Shown here: in pieces, positions 7,396 to 17,878 of the stretch | How positions within the stretch are numbered: the stretch's first letter is position 1 | How the letters are laid out: each line of letters starts with the position of its first letter | Virus record (IMG/VR): IMGVR_UViG_2667527993_000018 | Length of the DNA stretch: 38,304 nt | Reading direction: 5' to 3' (one strand) | Source of the DNA: a virus | Lineage: Duplodnaviria > Heunggongvirae > Uroviricota > Caudoviricetes | Program-made: the position numbers and the translations under genes | Notes under the pieces: model-generated | Seen by the model: the letters and a program-made list of their open reading frames with translations, nothing else | Database searches by the model: none | Told to the model about the DNA's origin: nothing

Positions 7396-7955
7396 TAAAT
7401 AGTCTCCTCTTCATGGCTGTTTGCATACACGTAAATAAACGTCTGCCATGCAGGCTTATAACGGTTCAGAATACATTCCAGCGCACCGCCTTCATAAATA
7501 CGCAGCGGCGTGAGAATATCATCCAGCACATTCATATTCCGGTAGCCGGTTTCACTGTTAATCGTGACAATACTGACCCACTGTGAATCCGGTGATGGCT
7601 GAATATCTATTTCATAACCAAACTCTGCCGCAAACCGGATATAAAATTCACGGTTAAGAGAGGGTTTCATCCGGTATTTATTCCCGGCATAACGCTGACG
7701 CTCCTGAATTGTTGCGCCGGTCATATCACATTCCGGTAACCCCAGATAACGCTCCCAGTCTTCCAGCAGCAGACGGGATGAATCAGGAAAACGTTCTGCC
7801 AGCATCTGGTTACCGGTCCAGGAAACACGCTCCGTGGAATGACTGAGGCCCAGGCACAAAGCCGCAAGAACGGATGACGGCCGCTTATCCCATGCCAGCC
7901 CGTCAGGCAGCAACTGCAACAGGGCACGCTGATGCGGGGTCAGGGTTACAGCCAT
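7395..7955 (-). CDS. Tail protein, Mu gp48-like
   Basis: 186-aa ORF between the baseplate J-like gene and S; N-terminal LLPDGLAWDK motif typical of this family. Confidence 0.65.
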   Translation of the reverse strand: MAVTLTPHQRALLQLLPDGLAWDKRPSSVLAALCLGLSHSTERVSWTGNQMLAERFPDSSRLLLEDWERYLGLPECDMTGATIQERQRYAGNKYRMKPSLNREFYIRFAAEFGYEIDIQPSPDSQWVSIVTINSETGYRNMNVLDDILTPLRIYEGGALECILNRYKPAWQTFIYVYANSHEEETI

Positions 7956-9031
7956 GTGATTTCCCCCACGGTCAGCAACTCTGTATCTCCGGCCATCACG
8001 GACTTCAGCGGGCTGCGAACTTCAAAATCCTCCAGTCCTTTCACCCCTGCAACAGCCCGCCAGAATGATGAAGGCAATACAAGTCCACCCGGCCGCGATT
8101 CGTTATAAAGCAGGTCCGTTAATGCCTGTTTTACGGCAGCCTGATTTTCCGGCGTTTTGGGTACAATCCTGATCTCAAACGCCACCGGCTTATTGGTCAG
8201 CTTAAACACGCTGATTGTCGGCCCAAGTGGCTGACCAACGGGCTGGCCCGTCGCCGGATCATCATGACTGCGGATATAATCCGCCACCCGCTTCACATCA
8301 CCTTCTCCGGGGAAAATGTCAGGGTTATTATCCTGAACAAAAGTCACACCAACACTACCCGCCTCAGGCCATTCAGGCTTACACCATGCCCGCGTCACGC
8401 CCGGTACTTCCCGTGCCCAGCGTTCAAAATCATACTGTGTTCCCCCTGATGGCGGGTTCTGTACCCGGAATACCAGCCTGGACAGCAACTCCGGCACCGT
8501 TTCCACATCCGCACCACCGGTGAGTCCCGTGCCGGTGACCGTGGCTGTCTGGTTGATGCCCGCCTGTGGCGTGATAAAGGACAGGCGGGTTCCGGTCGGG
8601 GTATTTCCAGCGCGCCCCGCACTTTCCGCCTCCACATTAACATTCAGTGTTCCGGCTTTTCCGGTCGCAGAGCCGGTGATGCGGTACACAACACCATCGC
8701 TTCGCTGAAGGAGTACGCCTTCCGTGATCCCTGCATCCGTGGTCAGCATCAGTTGTACCGGTCCGTCAGCGCGGGAAGCCGGTTTACGGATGACACCCCA
8801 GAATGCGCAGTGTTTCAGGAGTTCGGCTTCATCAGCTTCTGTCGGAATTATCTGCCGGGAGATCCAGGCCAGATGTTCATGCTCCTGTGCTGACAGACCC
8901 GCCAGTGCATACGCAATGGCATTCAGGGTGGTTTCATTCACGCCCGGCTGCGAACCGGGCAGGCGCTGGCTGATATCCTGTTGTGTCTGTGTGATCAGTT
9001 GCGCCAGTGGTAAGGGCTGATAAGGCATCAT
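7946..9031 (-). CDS. Baseplate J-like protein, Mu gp47-like
   Basis: 361-aa ORF in conserved baseplate position; overlapping start/stop with neighbours. Confidence 0.75.
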   Translation of the reverse strand: MMPYQPLPLAQLITQTQQDISQRLPGSQPGVNETTLNAIAYALAGLSAQEHEHLAWISRQIIPTEADEAELLKHCAFWGVIRKPASRADGPVQLMLTTDAGITEGVLLQRSDGVVYRITGSATGKAGTLNVNVEAESAGRAGNTPTGTRLSFITPQAGINQTATVTGTGLTGGADVETVPELLSRLVFRVQNPPSGGTQYDFERWAREVPGVTRAWCKPEWPEAGSVGVTFVQDNNPDIFPGEGDVKRVADYIRSHDDPATGQPVGQPLGPTISVFKLTNKPVAFEIRIVPKTPENQAAVKQALTDLLYNESRPGGLVLPSSFWRAVAGVKGLEDFEVRSPLKSVMAGDTELLTVGEITWL

Positions 9032-9462
9032 TCCCCCTTCATATCAGCATAAAAAATCATCGGATGTCTGCTTCCGTCCGGCAGGGTGATTTTCACGGAA
9101 AGCGAAAGGCGAGCATGCCCCACACGCATGGCATGACATACCACGGATGTGGCAGCACCGCTTTTATGCAGCCACGCCAGCGCTTCATCAGCATAGGCCT
9201 GTGCACGGCTGACCACGGAGGACAGCGTCTTTTCACGGCTTAACAGCCAGAGACGGGAGCCAACGGGGCGCTCCCGGAAACTGTCTCCCCACCATCCCCG
9301 ACGGTCACGGGTGCCGTCAGGGATTTCATCGGAATCCAGCGCCCGCCTGTCCGTAAACAGTGAAATAATGACCGCAGTCAGCAGGCTGTTATCCGTCAGA
9401 AGATCTGCGCCGTTCAGTTGCAGGGAACCGCAACCCTGATCCCAGACGACAGCAATATCAGC
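9028..9462 (-). CDS. Baseplate protein, Mu gp46-like
   Basis: Likely start at internal ATG (MADIAVVWDQ...) because the upstream part of the 216-aa ORF overlaps the preceding gene; conserved position between the gp45-like and J-like genes. Confidence 0.6.
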   Translation of the reverse strand, partial: ADIAVVWDQGCGSLQLNGADLLTDNSLLTAVIISLFTDRRALDSDEIPDGTRDRRGWWGDSFRERPVGSRLWLLSREKTLSSVVSRAQAYADEALAWLHKSGAATSVVCHAMRVGHARLSLSVKITLPDGSRHPMIFYADMKGE

Positions 9463-10072
9463 CATTCTCTGGTCCTCCCGTTTTGCTGCCTTCACCGTTA
9501 TCGTGATGCACATGACCTGAATAGGTGATCCCGGCAATAACCGCTTCGGACATCGTGAACGTCCCCTGTGATCTTCCGGTGCCGTCAATGGACACATTGC
9601 CTTTGACATGCAGGTTCTTATCCACTGTGACATTACCGGTAAAGTGAGCCTCCGGTGTATCCACCTGAACACCTTCATCGGCGTAAATCTCCAGCGTCTT
9701 ACAGGTCACAATGATCCGGCCGTTCTTTGTCAGACGTATACGGTGCCCCTCATGGTGATACACGCCGGTATCTCCGGCGGTAAGTCCGGTCGGGCGACTG
9801 CGGCGGTCTTCCACCACAAGCACCACGGCCTGATCCCGTTGTCCGCCAGCACAGGCCAGAAAAACTTCCGCACCAGGCAGGGGGACGCTGATTTGCCCGT
9901 ACTGCTGGGGGCGTTCAACGTCATCAAAGGTTTCACCATCCATACCGGTGATTTGCACATTCTGGATTTTCAGCGTGTCCGTTGTGCCGGTCAGTACACC
10001 ACGCCCGAACAGCAGACGAACACCCCGCATCACGGGGGCCAGAAGGCGGCTGATGACTTCGTCATTCATCAT
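9458..10072 (-). CDS. Baseplate assembly/spike protein, Mu gp45-like
   Basis: 204-aa ORF, position and size as in Mu-like baseplate clusters. Confidence 0.65.
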   Translation of the reverse strand: MMNDEVISRLLAPVMRGVRLLFGRGVLTGTTDTLKIQNVQITGMDGETFDDVERPQQYGQISVPLPGAEVFLACAGGQRDQAVVLVVEDRRSRPTGLTAGDTGVYHHEGHRIRLTKNGRIIVTCKTLEIYADEGVQVDTPEAHFTGNVTVDKNLHVKGNVSIDGTGRSQGTFTMSEAVIAGITYSGHVHHDNGEGSKTGGPENG

Positions 10073-11186
10073 TGAATTTAATCCCCTGTTTTTTCATCTG
10101 TGCCCGCACGAAGGCGTCCACGTCACCCGCATTTCCGCTTCCGCTGTTTCCCGGCTCTGCCGGAACAATAAAGCCGTCACGGGGTGCCAGAATCAGACGG
10201 GTGGTTTCGCCGTGATTTGCATCCAGCGAAAACTCCACCTGACAGACAAGAAGATCACGCTCTTCCACTCCGGTGCGGGGAGCCGTGACAGCCGTCAGCA
10301 GGTTGATATCCCACAACTGGCCGTTCTCCCGAAACCAGTGCCGCACGGTGGCTGTCAGGCGCACAGAGCGGGCAACCGCCCGGCGCATTTCCCGGACAGC
10401 CCTCTGGCGTGCACCGTCTGCATCAACAGCATGATCCGCCAGCACAATTTTCGGTCTGTAACGGTGGATGGCACTGTCTGTCACCGTACCAACGGGTGCG
10501 GCCAGCGTTCCGGCTGTCAGTGCATCCCCGGCATGACCACCACCACGCCCGTGCCCCCGTACACGGTATTCACTGTGGCGCAGACGGTGATCCACGTTGT
10601 GATCCAAATCCAGCAGATTTTCGCCCAGCGTCAGCGTGTCGCCACGCTGACTGCCGGCCTGAGTGAAAACCAGTTCACCGGCGGCATTACTGGTTACCAG
10701 GACGCCTCTGTGTCTCGCGGCCCGTGTCAGCGCATCTGCCACGGTTTCTGAGTTTTCCAGTGTGAAGGTGGAAAAGGGCCGGGCTGCCGTTGCATCATTT
10801 ACCTGCCAGCGCACCGTGACCCCGAACGGAGCACACAAATCTGAAGCAATGTGCTCCAGCGTGCGGTTCCTCCACTGGCTGCCCGGATGAATGGCTGAAC
10901 AGTCCACCAGGTCACCGGTTTTATCCCGTCCGCTGAGCGTGATCTGAAAACGCGTGGCGCTGATGCGCTGCCGGACCTGATCCAGCCAGCCAGTGATCAC
11001 AGGCTGACCGTCAATGCGCAATTCCAGAGACTGACCGGCACGGACGGATGACGGAAGGCGTACACCGGGCATCATTACCCCCAGTTCAAAGGAGCCCGCC
11101 AGATGTTCAAGAGAGCGACGAACACTCACCGTCAGCCAGCCGGAAAAAATCTCACCGCCCAGATACAGTTCAACCCTGCTGCTCAC
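10062..11186 (-). CDS. Baseplate hub protein, Mu P (gp44)-like
   Basis: 374-aa ORF downstream of the N-like gene, overlapping it by 17 nt. Confidence 0.7.
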   Translation of the reverse strand: MSSRVELYLGGEIFSGWLTVSVRRSLEHLAGSFELGVMMPGVRLPSSVRAGQSLELRIDGQPVITGWLDQVRQRISATRFQITLSGRDKTGDLVDCSAIHPGSQWRNRTLEHIASDLCAPFGVTVRWQVNDATAARPFSTFTLENSETVADALTRAARHRGVLVTSNAAGELVFTQAGSQRGDTLTLGENLLDLDHNVDHRLRHSEYRVRGHGRGGGHAGDALTAGTLAAPVGTVTDSAIHRYRPKIVLADHAVDADGARQRAVREMRRAVARSVRLTATVRHWFRENGQLWDINLLTAVTAPRTGVEERDLLVCQVEFSLDANHGETTRLILAPRDGFIVPAEPGNSGSGNAGDVDAFVRAQMKKQGIKFNDE

Positions 11187-12540
11187 TAATCACCTCCACT
11201 GAATGGCCTCCGGGAATGAACAGCGGATCAACAATACCGTTACGGCGCACAAAACGTTGCCAGCCGGTACTGTTCCCGGTGGCACGGTACAGGGTCACCA
11301 GTGCAGGCTCGGTGGTACGTACAGTCACTACTGTTGCACCGGGTAGCTGAACTCCCCGTGTATTCAGATCCTCTGTCAGTGCCAGTCTGGCATCACGAAG
11401 CGTCAGCGCCGTGGCGGTATACCCCTGCCCGGACAGTGTCATCACCTGCCGTTCGAGCGCTTCGCTTAAGTCACGGTTAATGCGCTGAAGATCAACTGAA
11501 CTTTCCAGCCAGACAGGCCAGGTACGGTGGGCTGCGTCACTGTCCGGCAGGGTTTCCTGACTGAGAACCTGATCCAGCAGTTTTCCCACGGTCTGTGCCT
11601 GGGCCACCACGGCAGCACTCTGCATTACCGCCCGTATCAGACGAATATTCTTTTGTGCTGCCGGTGTCAGACCGATGAGAGTCTGCGGATTATCCTGCTC
11701 ATCCAGCACGTAACGCAGGGAAGATAATGTCCTGTACAGTTGCGGCATTCCCTGAGAGAAGGCGGATGTCGTCCGGCCGATACTGCCACCGGGCCGGGTA
11801 TTCAGGCCTCCTGAAGACAGTGACGGCAGCGATGGCAGGGTGATCAGGGCACTGAAAAGCCCCGCAAAAGATGAGGCCATGCGGGAAGGTGCTGTCAGTA
11901 ATGCCGTGGCATTCCCTTTCAGCGCCGTGAACGTGGCAGTAAAGGCACTGATATCCTGTACAATCCCCATGCCGGAAACGGCATTTTCCAGGGCGGACAC
12001 CTTATCGCTGATGGTTTCGGTCATTGCCTGGACATCGTGCATTCCGTCAGAAATCACCGTCCAGCCCGCTTCCAGGGTTTCAAAAACCTTCCCGAGCGCG
12101 GTGGTACTCTTCTGCTCCAGAATGGCGGCCGTGTCCTGTGTGACAGCAGGTGCGGTATCATCACTTACCGGCGTGACATTAATGGTGAACTCAACCACGC
12201 CCTGTTCAGCAGCGTTATAACGACTTTCAAAGCTGTTTATCAGCACATTTAACGTGCCGTAATCCGGGTGAAGCAGCTCCCCGGCACCGGGAGCACGAAG
12301 GGCATCACGCAGACGATTTCGCTGTGTCTGAACATCATCCCCCATCACAAGTACACTGAACGTAAATTCAGCCAGTTTAGGTCCCAGATCGTCTGCACCA
12401 CCGGTTTCCCGTAACGGATATTCCCGACGGACAATGTTTCGCCCGCCACGTTCGCGCTGCTCACGCCAGACGAGGAACGGCACACCACGGAACGCACCAC
12501 GACCGTCACCAGAGGCCATAATTCCCTCCGTTCCAGACAT
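11170..12540 (-). CDS. DNA circularisation protein N-like (gp43)
   Basis: 456-aa ORF directly after the tape measure gene; N-terminal region matches the DNA-circularisation N-terminal domain pattern (FRGVPFLV...REYPLRETGG). Confidence 0.75.
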   Translation of the reverse strand: MSGTEGIMASGDGRGAFRGVPFLVWREQRERGGRNIVRREYPLRETGGADDLGPKLAEFTFSVLVMGDDVQTQRNRLRDALRAPGAGELLHPDYGTLNVLINSFESRYNAAEQGVVEFTINVTPVSDDTAPAVTQDTAAILEQKSTTALGKVFETLEAGWTVISDGMHDVQAMTETISDKVSALENAVSGMGIVQDISAFTATFTALKGNATALLTAPSRMASSFAGLFSALITLPSLPSLSSGGLNTRPGGSIGRTTSAFSQGMPQLYRTLSSLRYVLDEQDNPQTLIGLTPAAQKNIRLIRAVMQSAAVVAQAQTVGKLLDQVLSQETLPDSDAAHRTWPVWLESSVDLQRINRDLSEALERQVMTLSGQGYTATALTLRDARLALTEDLNTRGVQLPGATVVTVRTTEPALVTLYRATGNSTGWQRFVRRNGIVDPLFIPGGHSVEVISEQQG

Positions 12541-14581
12541 TCACATCCAGTCCGTGACCGGACGTGTCATCAATATCAATACTGCGAGCCTGCCACCCTT
12601 CCGGGGCAACCAGCTCCACACGGGCAGAGGCTTTTTGTACCGCCTGTCCACTGCTTTCATCATCACTGCCCCGTAATTTCTGCCAGGCTTCAGTCAGCCA
12701 TCCCCCCAGATAGTTACCGAGATAGCTGCCCACCGTAGAACCAATGGCAATCCCCACAGGTCCGGCTGCCGCCCCCAGCGCACCACCGGCAATACTGCCT
12801 GCAAGAGAGCCGACCGCTTCTCCCTTGTCTGTGGCACTGGCGCTGCCATCCAGCAGAACCGGGGCTGCCATCGCGCCAGCCCACAGGGCACCGCCACCCA
12901 GCCGGCCGGCCAGTCCACCGGCACTGCGGAAAAAGCCGGAGAAACGCCCCAGCCCCATGCGGCTACCGACAGACGAAAGTAACCCACCGGCGCGCCCCAT
13001 CATGCGCCCCCAGAACCCTGCCCCACCAGAAGAGGGAGACGGTGGCACTGGGGACGGTGGCAGGGGAGGCGTGACCGGTCTTCCGCGCCCCGGTCCGCGT
13101 TTCCTGCGGCCCCGCCCCTGACGTCCGCCTGAGGAAGTATCGGTCGCGCCGGTGCCGGACAGTCCTCCTGTGGGCCAGTTTGTTACAAGTACTGGCTGAA
13201 CGGCTGCCGGATTTACCCCGGTAAGAAAGTTTATAAAACGTTGCCCTCGTCCCTGAGATGTGCCTGGTGGTGTTCCGGCCGGAGGAGAGCGCCGGAAAGG
13301 TGAAGTCAGGAAGGCCGCCGCTGATAATCCGTATCCCAGCAATGCAGCACCCGGACGTATAATCCCCGTTCCGACAGCCCGCGCCATTTTCAGGGCACGG
13401 GTGGCGAGATACATGTACAGCAGGTATTTCGCGGCGGTCTGTGCCCCCTGACCAATGCGATCCAGCGCATCACCATAGCCCGCATCCCGCAGAGCCTGAA
13501 GCGTGTCGCGTACCTTTCTGATCGCCTGATAAAACCCTGTCACTGCATCACGGGCATACTCAAAGCCCTGGTTCATGGCTGATGCCGTGCTTTCCGCCAG
13601 GGAATGGTAACTGCCATCAGATTTGGCACTGTCAACCCATGAAAGAAATCCCCTGAGATTACCCTTCAGTTTTTCAAATGGCCCACTGTCCATCACATCC
13701 CGGGCAAACTGATCCCAGACGTCACCCATCATGGCCGTCAGGCCACTCCAGGAATTCATTGCGTCCTTTTGTGCTCCCCTGGCCTGTTCCGCCAGCGTCT
13801 GAAATAACAGGCGAATACTGTCCGGCCCAAGCAGCCCTTTTTCACCAAGTTTTCTGACCACTTTCTGGTCCACACCCAGACGATCAGCCAGCACGCGGTA
13901 GGCATTAATGCCGTAGGTGGCAAGAATATTTGCATCCGCCGCCTGAATACTGCCTCTTGCATACATCTGTTTCAGTTGCAGGGATGCCCCCTGTGCATCG
14001 GACAGTGACCAGCCGCCCACGGCACCCTGATCCTGAAGCATGGTGACAAAATTTCGGGCCTCCCTGTCACTCATACCAAAGCCCAGACTGGACGTATATT
14101 CCTGCATGACGCCAGCCAGCCCCCAGGTGGTTTCCTTCGCATTCTGTATTGCCCACCTGCGGACATCATCAGTTTTCGCCCGATCCCCTTTGTAAAGGGA
14201 GTTCAGGCGAATCATATAGGTTTCCATCTCCGCTGCCGGGCGAATAAATCCCCGGTTAAAGCCATATACAGCAGCACCACCGGCCAGCATTCCGTAAAGA
14301 TTGCTGATCCGCCCGATGGTGCCGGTAATACTGCCCTGAAGACGGTCAAAATCAGAAGTGACATGGCGGATACTGCCCCGCACCCCGGCCAGCGTGCGCT
14401 GCATCCTGCTTCCGAGTACATCTGTTTCCTGCCCGGCACGGCGGGCAGCATTTCCCAGGCCACCCAGCCCCGCCTGGCCGGAGCGTGAGAATGCCCCCAG
14501 CTCCTGTGACCACTGGCGGGATTTGGCTGAGATATTGCCGAGCAAATCAACTATCAGAGATGCTCTGAGATTTCGGGCCAT
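12506..14581 (-). CDS. Tail tape measure protein
   Basis: 691-aa ORF downstream of tube and chaperone; Gly/Pro-rich low-complexity tracts (PLPPSPVPPSPSSGG; G/A-rich runs) typical of tape measure proteins. Confidence 0.8.
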   Translation of the reverse strand: MARNLRASLIVDLLGNISAKSRQWSQELGAFSRSGQAGLGGLGNAARRAGQETDVLGSRMQRTLAGVRGSIRHVTSDFDRLQGSITGTIGRISNLYGMLAGGAAVYGFNRGFIRPAAEMETYMIRLNSLYKGDRAKTDDVRRWAIQNAKETTWGLAGVMQEYTSSLGFGMSDREARNFVTMLQDQGAVGGWSLSDAQGASLQLKQMYARGSIQAADANILATYGINAYRVLADRLGVDQKVVRKLGEKGLLGPDSIRLLFQTLAEQARGAQKDAMNSWSGLTAMMGDVWDQFARDVMDSGPFEKLKGNLRGFLSWVDSAKSDGSYHSLAESTASAMNQGFEYARDAVTGFYQAIRKVRDTLQALRDAGYGDALDRIGQGAQTAAKYLLYMYLATRALKMARAVGTGIIRPGAALLGYGLSAAAFLTSPFRRSPPAGTPPGTSQGRGQRFINFLTGVNPAAVQPVLVTNWPTGGLSGTGATDTSSGGRQGRGRRKRGPGRGRPVTPPLPPSPVPPSPSSGGAGFWGRMMGRAGGLLSSVGSRMGLGRFSGFFRSAGGLAGRLGGGALWAGAMAAPVLLDGSASATDKGEAVGSLAGSIAGGALGAAAGPVGIAIGSTVGSYLGNYLGGWLTEAWQKLRGSDDESSGQAVQKASARVELVAPEGWQARSIDIDDTSGHGLDVNVWNGGNYGLW

Positions 14582-14707
14582 ACTTACTGCTTCGTTCTGA
14601 TGATTTTTTCTGTCTGTCGGCAGTGCCGGTAAAGTTGCGACAGGGGGAGGTTAAGCGCCCATTCCGGACCGCTTTTTGTCACCATCCCCAGGATAATTGC
14701 CGCTTCT

Positions 14708-15184
14708 TCAATCTGATCCCGACACTGCGCCTGATCGCCCCCGGTCAGCTGCCAGCTTTCCGGCAAGCGCGGTATCCAGCAGGCTGACCGCTGCCATCAG
14801 GCGGGAGAGATCGCGCTCGCTTAACTGTCCAATCTGACGGGGTGACAACGGACCTTCAATGTCTCCCACTGCGGCAATCTGACGGCGCAGCAGTGCAACA
14901 CCGCGTAACGACGGAGACGCTATCAGCATCGGGCCATTGTTTGTCTCCACCACGCGCTCGGCTTCTGCTTCTGCGTCAATACTGTCTTTCGCTGTCAGTT
15001 CCCGGAACGTGACACGATATTCACGGGTCTCACCAAACGGCAGACCATCAAGCAGATCCACATATCCCTTTGCCAGTTGCTCTGTCAGCCCGGCAGTGCG
15101 TGGATCAGCCCCCTCAAGTGCTTCCCGGATTGCCTCCATCACGGCTGCCTCGGAAACTGCCGTTTTTTTCTTACGTGTGGTCAT
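14708..15184 (-). CDS. Tail assembly chaperone, Mu gp41-like
   Basis: ORF between tube and tape measure; AGGAAA 6 nt upstream of the ATG at 15184 (the ORF track's 15202 start is a GTG overlapping the tube stop). Confidence 0.55.
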   Translation of the reverse strand: MTTRKKKTAVSEAAVMEAIREALEGADPRTAGLTEQLAKGYVDLLDGLPFGETREYRVTFRELTAKDSIDAEAEAERVVETNNGPMLIASPSLRGVALLRRQIAAVGDIEGPLSPRQIGQLSERDLSRLMAAVSLLDTALAGKLAADRGRSGAVSGSD

Positions 15185-15198
15185 TTTATTTTTCCTGA

Positions 15199-15564
15199 TC
15201 ACTGAACACGGGTACTGGAGGCGCTGGCGAACTTCACGGAGATCTCCCCGCCACCGTCAAGCGAGGCCGGTTCACTGCTCCAGGCCTTCGTCATCATGTG
15301 GACTTCGCCGGTATCCGCCACAAACTCGATAGTGACCGCAGTCCAGTTGTTGATTTCATCGGCGGCTGGTGAACCTTCTCCGCCTGCCGGAAATTTGCAG
15401 TCCAGCGTCGCTTCACGTGGTTTCTGGCGGTAACCATAGACTTTTGCGCCTTTCACCACTTCACGTTCAAAACCAGACGGAGAAAATGTAGCCCCCTCAA
15501 GCGTCTCGTATTCCTGACCGTTCACACGGATAGTGGCCGTACCCTGATACTGTTTTCCGCTCAT
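15199..15564 (-). CDS. Tail tube protein, Mu M-like
   Basis: 121-aa ORF immediately after the sheath gene. Confidence 0.7.
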   Translation of the reverse strand: MSGKQYQGTATIRVNGQEYETLEGATFSPSGFEREVVKGAKVYGYRQKPREATLDCKFPAGGEGSPAADEINNWTAVTIEFVADTGEVHMMTKAWSSEPASLDGGGEISVKFASASSTRVQ

Positions 15565-15572
15565 GCCTTACC

Positions 15573-17075
15573 TCACAAAATGAAACGGATCTGTGCTGCC
15601 AGGAAGCGGAACTGGTTAACCAGATCCGGCGTGCATAACACGTCAAGACGGTTTCGATCTGACGCATTACGCTCCACAAGCAGATTCTTTTTAAAGGTGT
15701 CCAGATTTTCGACCAGCCCGAGTTCCACCCACTCTTCACCCAGCGAAATTAACTGAAGCTTCATGATCTCCGGCGTCACGATATTCTGACCGGCACGAAC
15801 GGGCGTCCCGTCATCAGCCAGTTTATGGCGCGGAAAACGTTGTGTGATAAAAGTACGCAGGGAATAACGCAGCCAGGAGAGGGTGTAGATGGTTTCCACA
15901 TCCAGATAGCTGGGATCACTTTCGCCGTACACGTTCTGGCGATACATGGTCACCTGACGTTCGATCTGAACCACATCACCGGCAGCCACACTGACCGTGG
16001 CAATCCCTCCCCACAGCAGACTGTTACGCTCTTCACGCGTCAGACGATCGGCCGGAGCCGGGGCCATGCGTGACGGAAGCGCCAGCGTCTGAAGCGGACG
16101 CGCAGGATCTGCTCCCAGAGAGGGTGCACAGGTGGCACAGACCGCCGCTGCCCAGAGGTAATCCGGTTCAGGGGCTTTGGGAATGGATGTGCAGGTCGCC
16201 AGAAAATCATTGCGTTTTGCCCCGAATGCCTGCACCTCACCAAACGTGCCGGTATGTGCCAGCCACAGCACGCCGTCAGACATTTTGGCCGGTCCCCAGC
16301 GTTTCAGAAGCTCATCACTGATGATTTTCAGGTTTGCATCATCCTTATAGGGCATGACGACATAGTTGTACTGGCGATCGCCCATACCCGCCACGCTTCG
16401 GGTGATATCCGGGTTAGCCGCTTTTTGTTTCGGATAGGCTATAGCGACCTGTATTCCTTCCGGGGTTGCTTCCCCGTCGTGATAGTTCAGGCGCACATCA
16501 TGAACGGAGCATTCACCGGTAAAGCGGGCGGTGATCCCCAGAGACCCTTTCAGACCTGCGCCATTATCACCACTTCCTGCACCAGAGGAGGCCGTGAAGG
16601 GCGCGTCAGGATCGGCATTGATCAGCGCGGCCAGCTCGTCGGTCAGTTCTTTGCCTTTCTTACCTTTTGGTGCCGGGAGTGTATAACGCCGCCCCCCCAC
16701 GCAGGCATAAACAATCCCGTCACGGGTGACCGTTCCGGTCAGATTCATGGCCGCAGCCGTTGCCTGTCCGGTGCCGTTCCCCTGAGCAATGGCATACAGT
16801 TCAGCATCAGGATTGATGGCGATAAATTCCGCCACCATCAGGGCAATCATGGAGCCGCGCCCCCAGAGTTCTGTTGCCTGAGACGCACGGGTGATCCTGA
16901 CCGGAACATCCAGAACACCGGCACCGTCCACGGCATTCTCTTTCATTCTCGCCTGACCAAACAGCAGCACACACTGACGCTGTGCCGGAGTGCCGGTGAC
17001 AGCCATGGAGTTATTAAACTCAACCTCAATCAGCGGTATACGGCGGTCATTACCGATCCCGTCAAAATTAATCAT
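15573..17075 (-). CDS. Contractile tail sheath protein, Mu L-like
   Basis: 500-aa ORF; size and position as in Mu-like tail clusters. Confidence 0.85.
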   Translation of the reverse strand: MINFDGIGNDRRIPLIEVEFNNSMAVTGTPAQRQCVLLFGQARMKENAVDGAGVLDVPVRITRASQATELWGRGSMIALMVAEFIAINPDAELYAIAQGNGTGQATAAAMNLTGTVTRDGIVYACVGGRRYTLPAPKGKKGKELTDELAALINADPDAPFTASSGAGSGDNGAGLKGSLGITARFTGECSVHDVRLNYHDGEATPEGIQVAIAYPKQKAANPDITRSVAGMGDRQYNYVVMPYKDDANLKIISDELLKRWGPAKMSDGVLWLAHTGTFGEVQAFGAKRNDFLATCTSIPKAPEPDYLWAAAVCATCAPSLGADPARPLQTLALPSRMAPAPADRLTREERNSLLWGGIATVSVAAGDVVQIERQVTMYRQNVYGESDPSYLDVETIYTLSWLRYSLRTFITQRFPRHKLADDGTPVRAGQNIVTPEIMKLQLISLGEEWVELGLVENLDTFKKNLLVERNASDRNRLDVLCTPDLVNQFRFLAAQIRFIL

Positions 17076-17317
17076 TGCGGTTTCTCCTTATCGGATGCCG
17101 GTTGGGCGACCGGTTTTTCTGTCGCAGTCGTTGCATCCGCAGATACAGCCGGAGCCTCTTCAGCGGCTTTTTCAGCCTGAATGACATCGCCGTCATCAAG
17201 ACGCCGACACCAGAACGGCGTAAAGGGCTTTTCCTCCCCCTCCTGTGCCAGCGGGCGCATTGTGTCGGGATCACGAATCAGGCGTCCCGGCGCGGGTTTG
17301 ATAAAGATGGTTTTCAT
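17072..17317 (-). CDS. Hypothetical head-tail region protein, Mu gp38-like
   Basis: 81-aa ORF with overlapping start/stop in conserved position before the sheath gene. Confidence 0.5.
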   Translation of the reverse strand: MKTIFIKPAPGRLIRDPDTMRPLAQEGEEKPFTPFWCRRLDDGDVIQAEKAAEEAPAVSADATTATEKPVAQPASDKEKPQ

Positions 17318-17878
17318 TTACAGTTCCTCCGGCGGTTCGACCGCCGTTGTCGTGTTCCCCGGCAAATCAATATGTGCCTCAAACGGCGGCGTACCGGGCG
17401 GCTCCACAAAGGTTTCGTAATGACGCAGGAAGTCGTCCAGCGAGCTGGTATCGGTCAGCGGTGCGATCATTTCCTCGCAGGAGAAATAAAGCGCATACAT
17501 CACCGCACCACTGTCCGCCTGGGTTTCGGTGTAACCGTTGACCGCCTTTTCAAAGTAAAGCGGTGAGGTTTTTTCTGTTCTGAAGCCGTTAAGCACGGCA
17601 ATCAGCCGGGCCACAATCTGATACAGTCCGGGACGGCTGGCCTCACGCCCGTTGAGCATGTCGCCGATGACGTAGAACACCCAGTGACTGACCAGGCGAC
17701 CACGGGTACGGCCTTCACCGGCACCCAGCCAGGCAACGTAGATCGCCGGGGCGTTAATCAGCATGGTGCGCAGTACGCTGTCGCTCCAGTCGCCGGGATG
17801 CGTGTCAACAGACACCAGTTCATTCCCGAAATACTCACGGATACGGGCGATGTATGCCTGTTCGGTTTCCGTAATCAT
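17318..17878 (-). CDS. Head-tail joining/tail completion protein, Mu gp37-like
   Basis: 186-aa ORF in conserved position. Confidence 0.55.
   Translation of the reverse strand: MITETEQAYIARIREYFGNELVSVDTHPGDWSDSVLRTMLINAPAIYVAWLGAGEGRTRGRLVSHWVFYVIGDMLNGREASRPGLYQIVARLIAVLNGFRTEKTSPLYFEKAVNGYTETQADSGAVMYALYFSCEEMIAPLTDTSSLDDFLRHYETFVEPPGTPPFEAHIDLPGNTTTAVEPPEEL

Noticed and set aside
9948-10751. 267-aa plus-strand ORF
   Set aside because: Lies entirely antisense to the gp44/gp45 baseplate genes in high-GC DNA, where long spurious reverse-frame ORFs are expected; low-complexity Arg/Cys/His-rich translation.
12744-13121. Pro/Ala-rich 125-aa plus-strand ORF and other ORFs inside the tape measure gene
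   Set aside because: Shadow ORFs produced by the Gly/Pro-rich low-complexity region of the tape measure gene.
16254-17180. 308-aa plus-strand ORF
   Set aside because: Antisense to the tail sheath gene; composition typical of a GC-rich shadow ORF.
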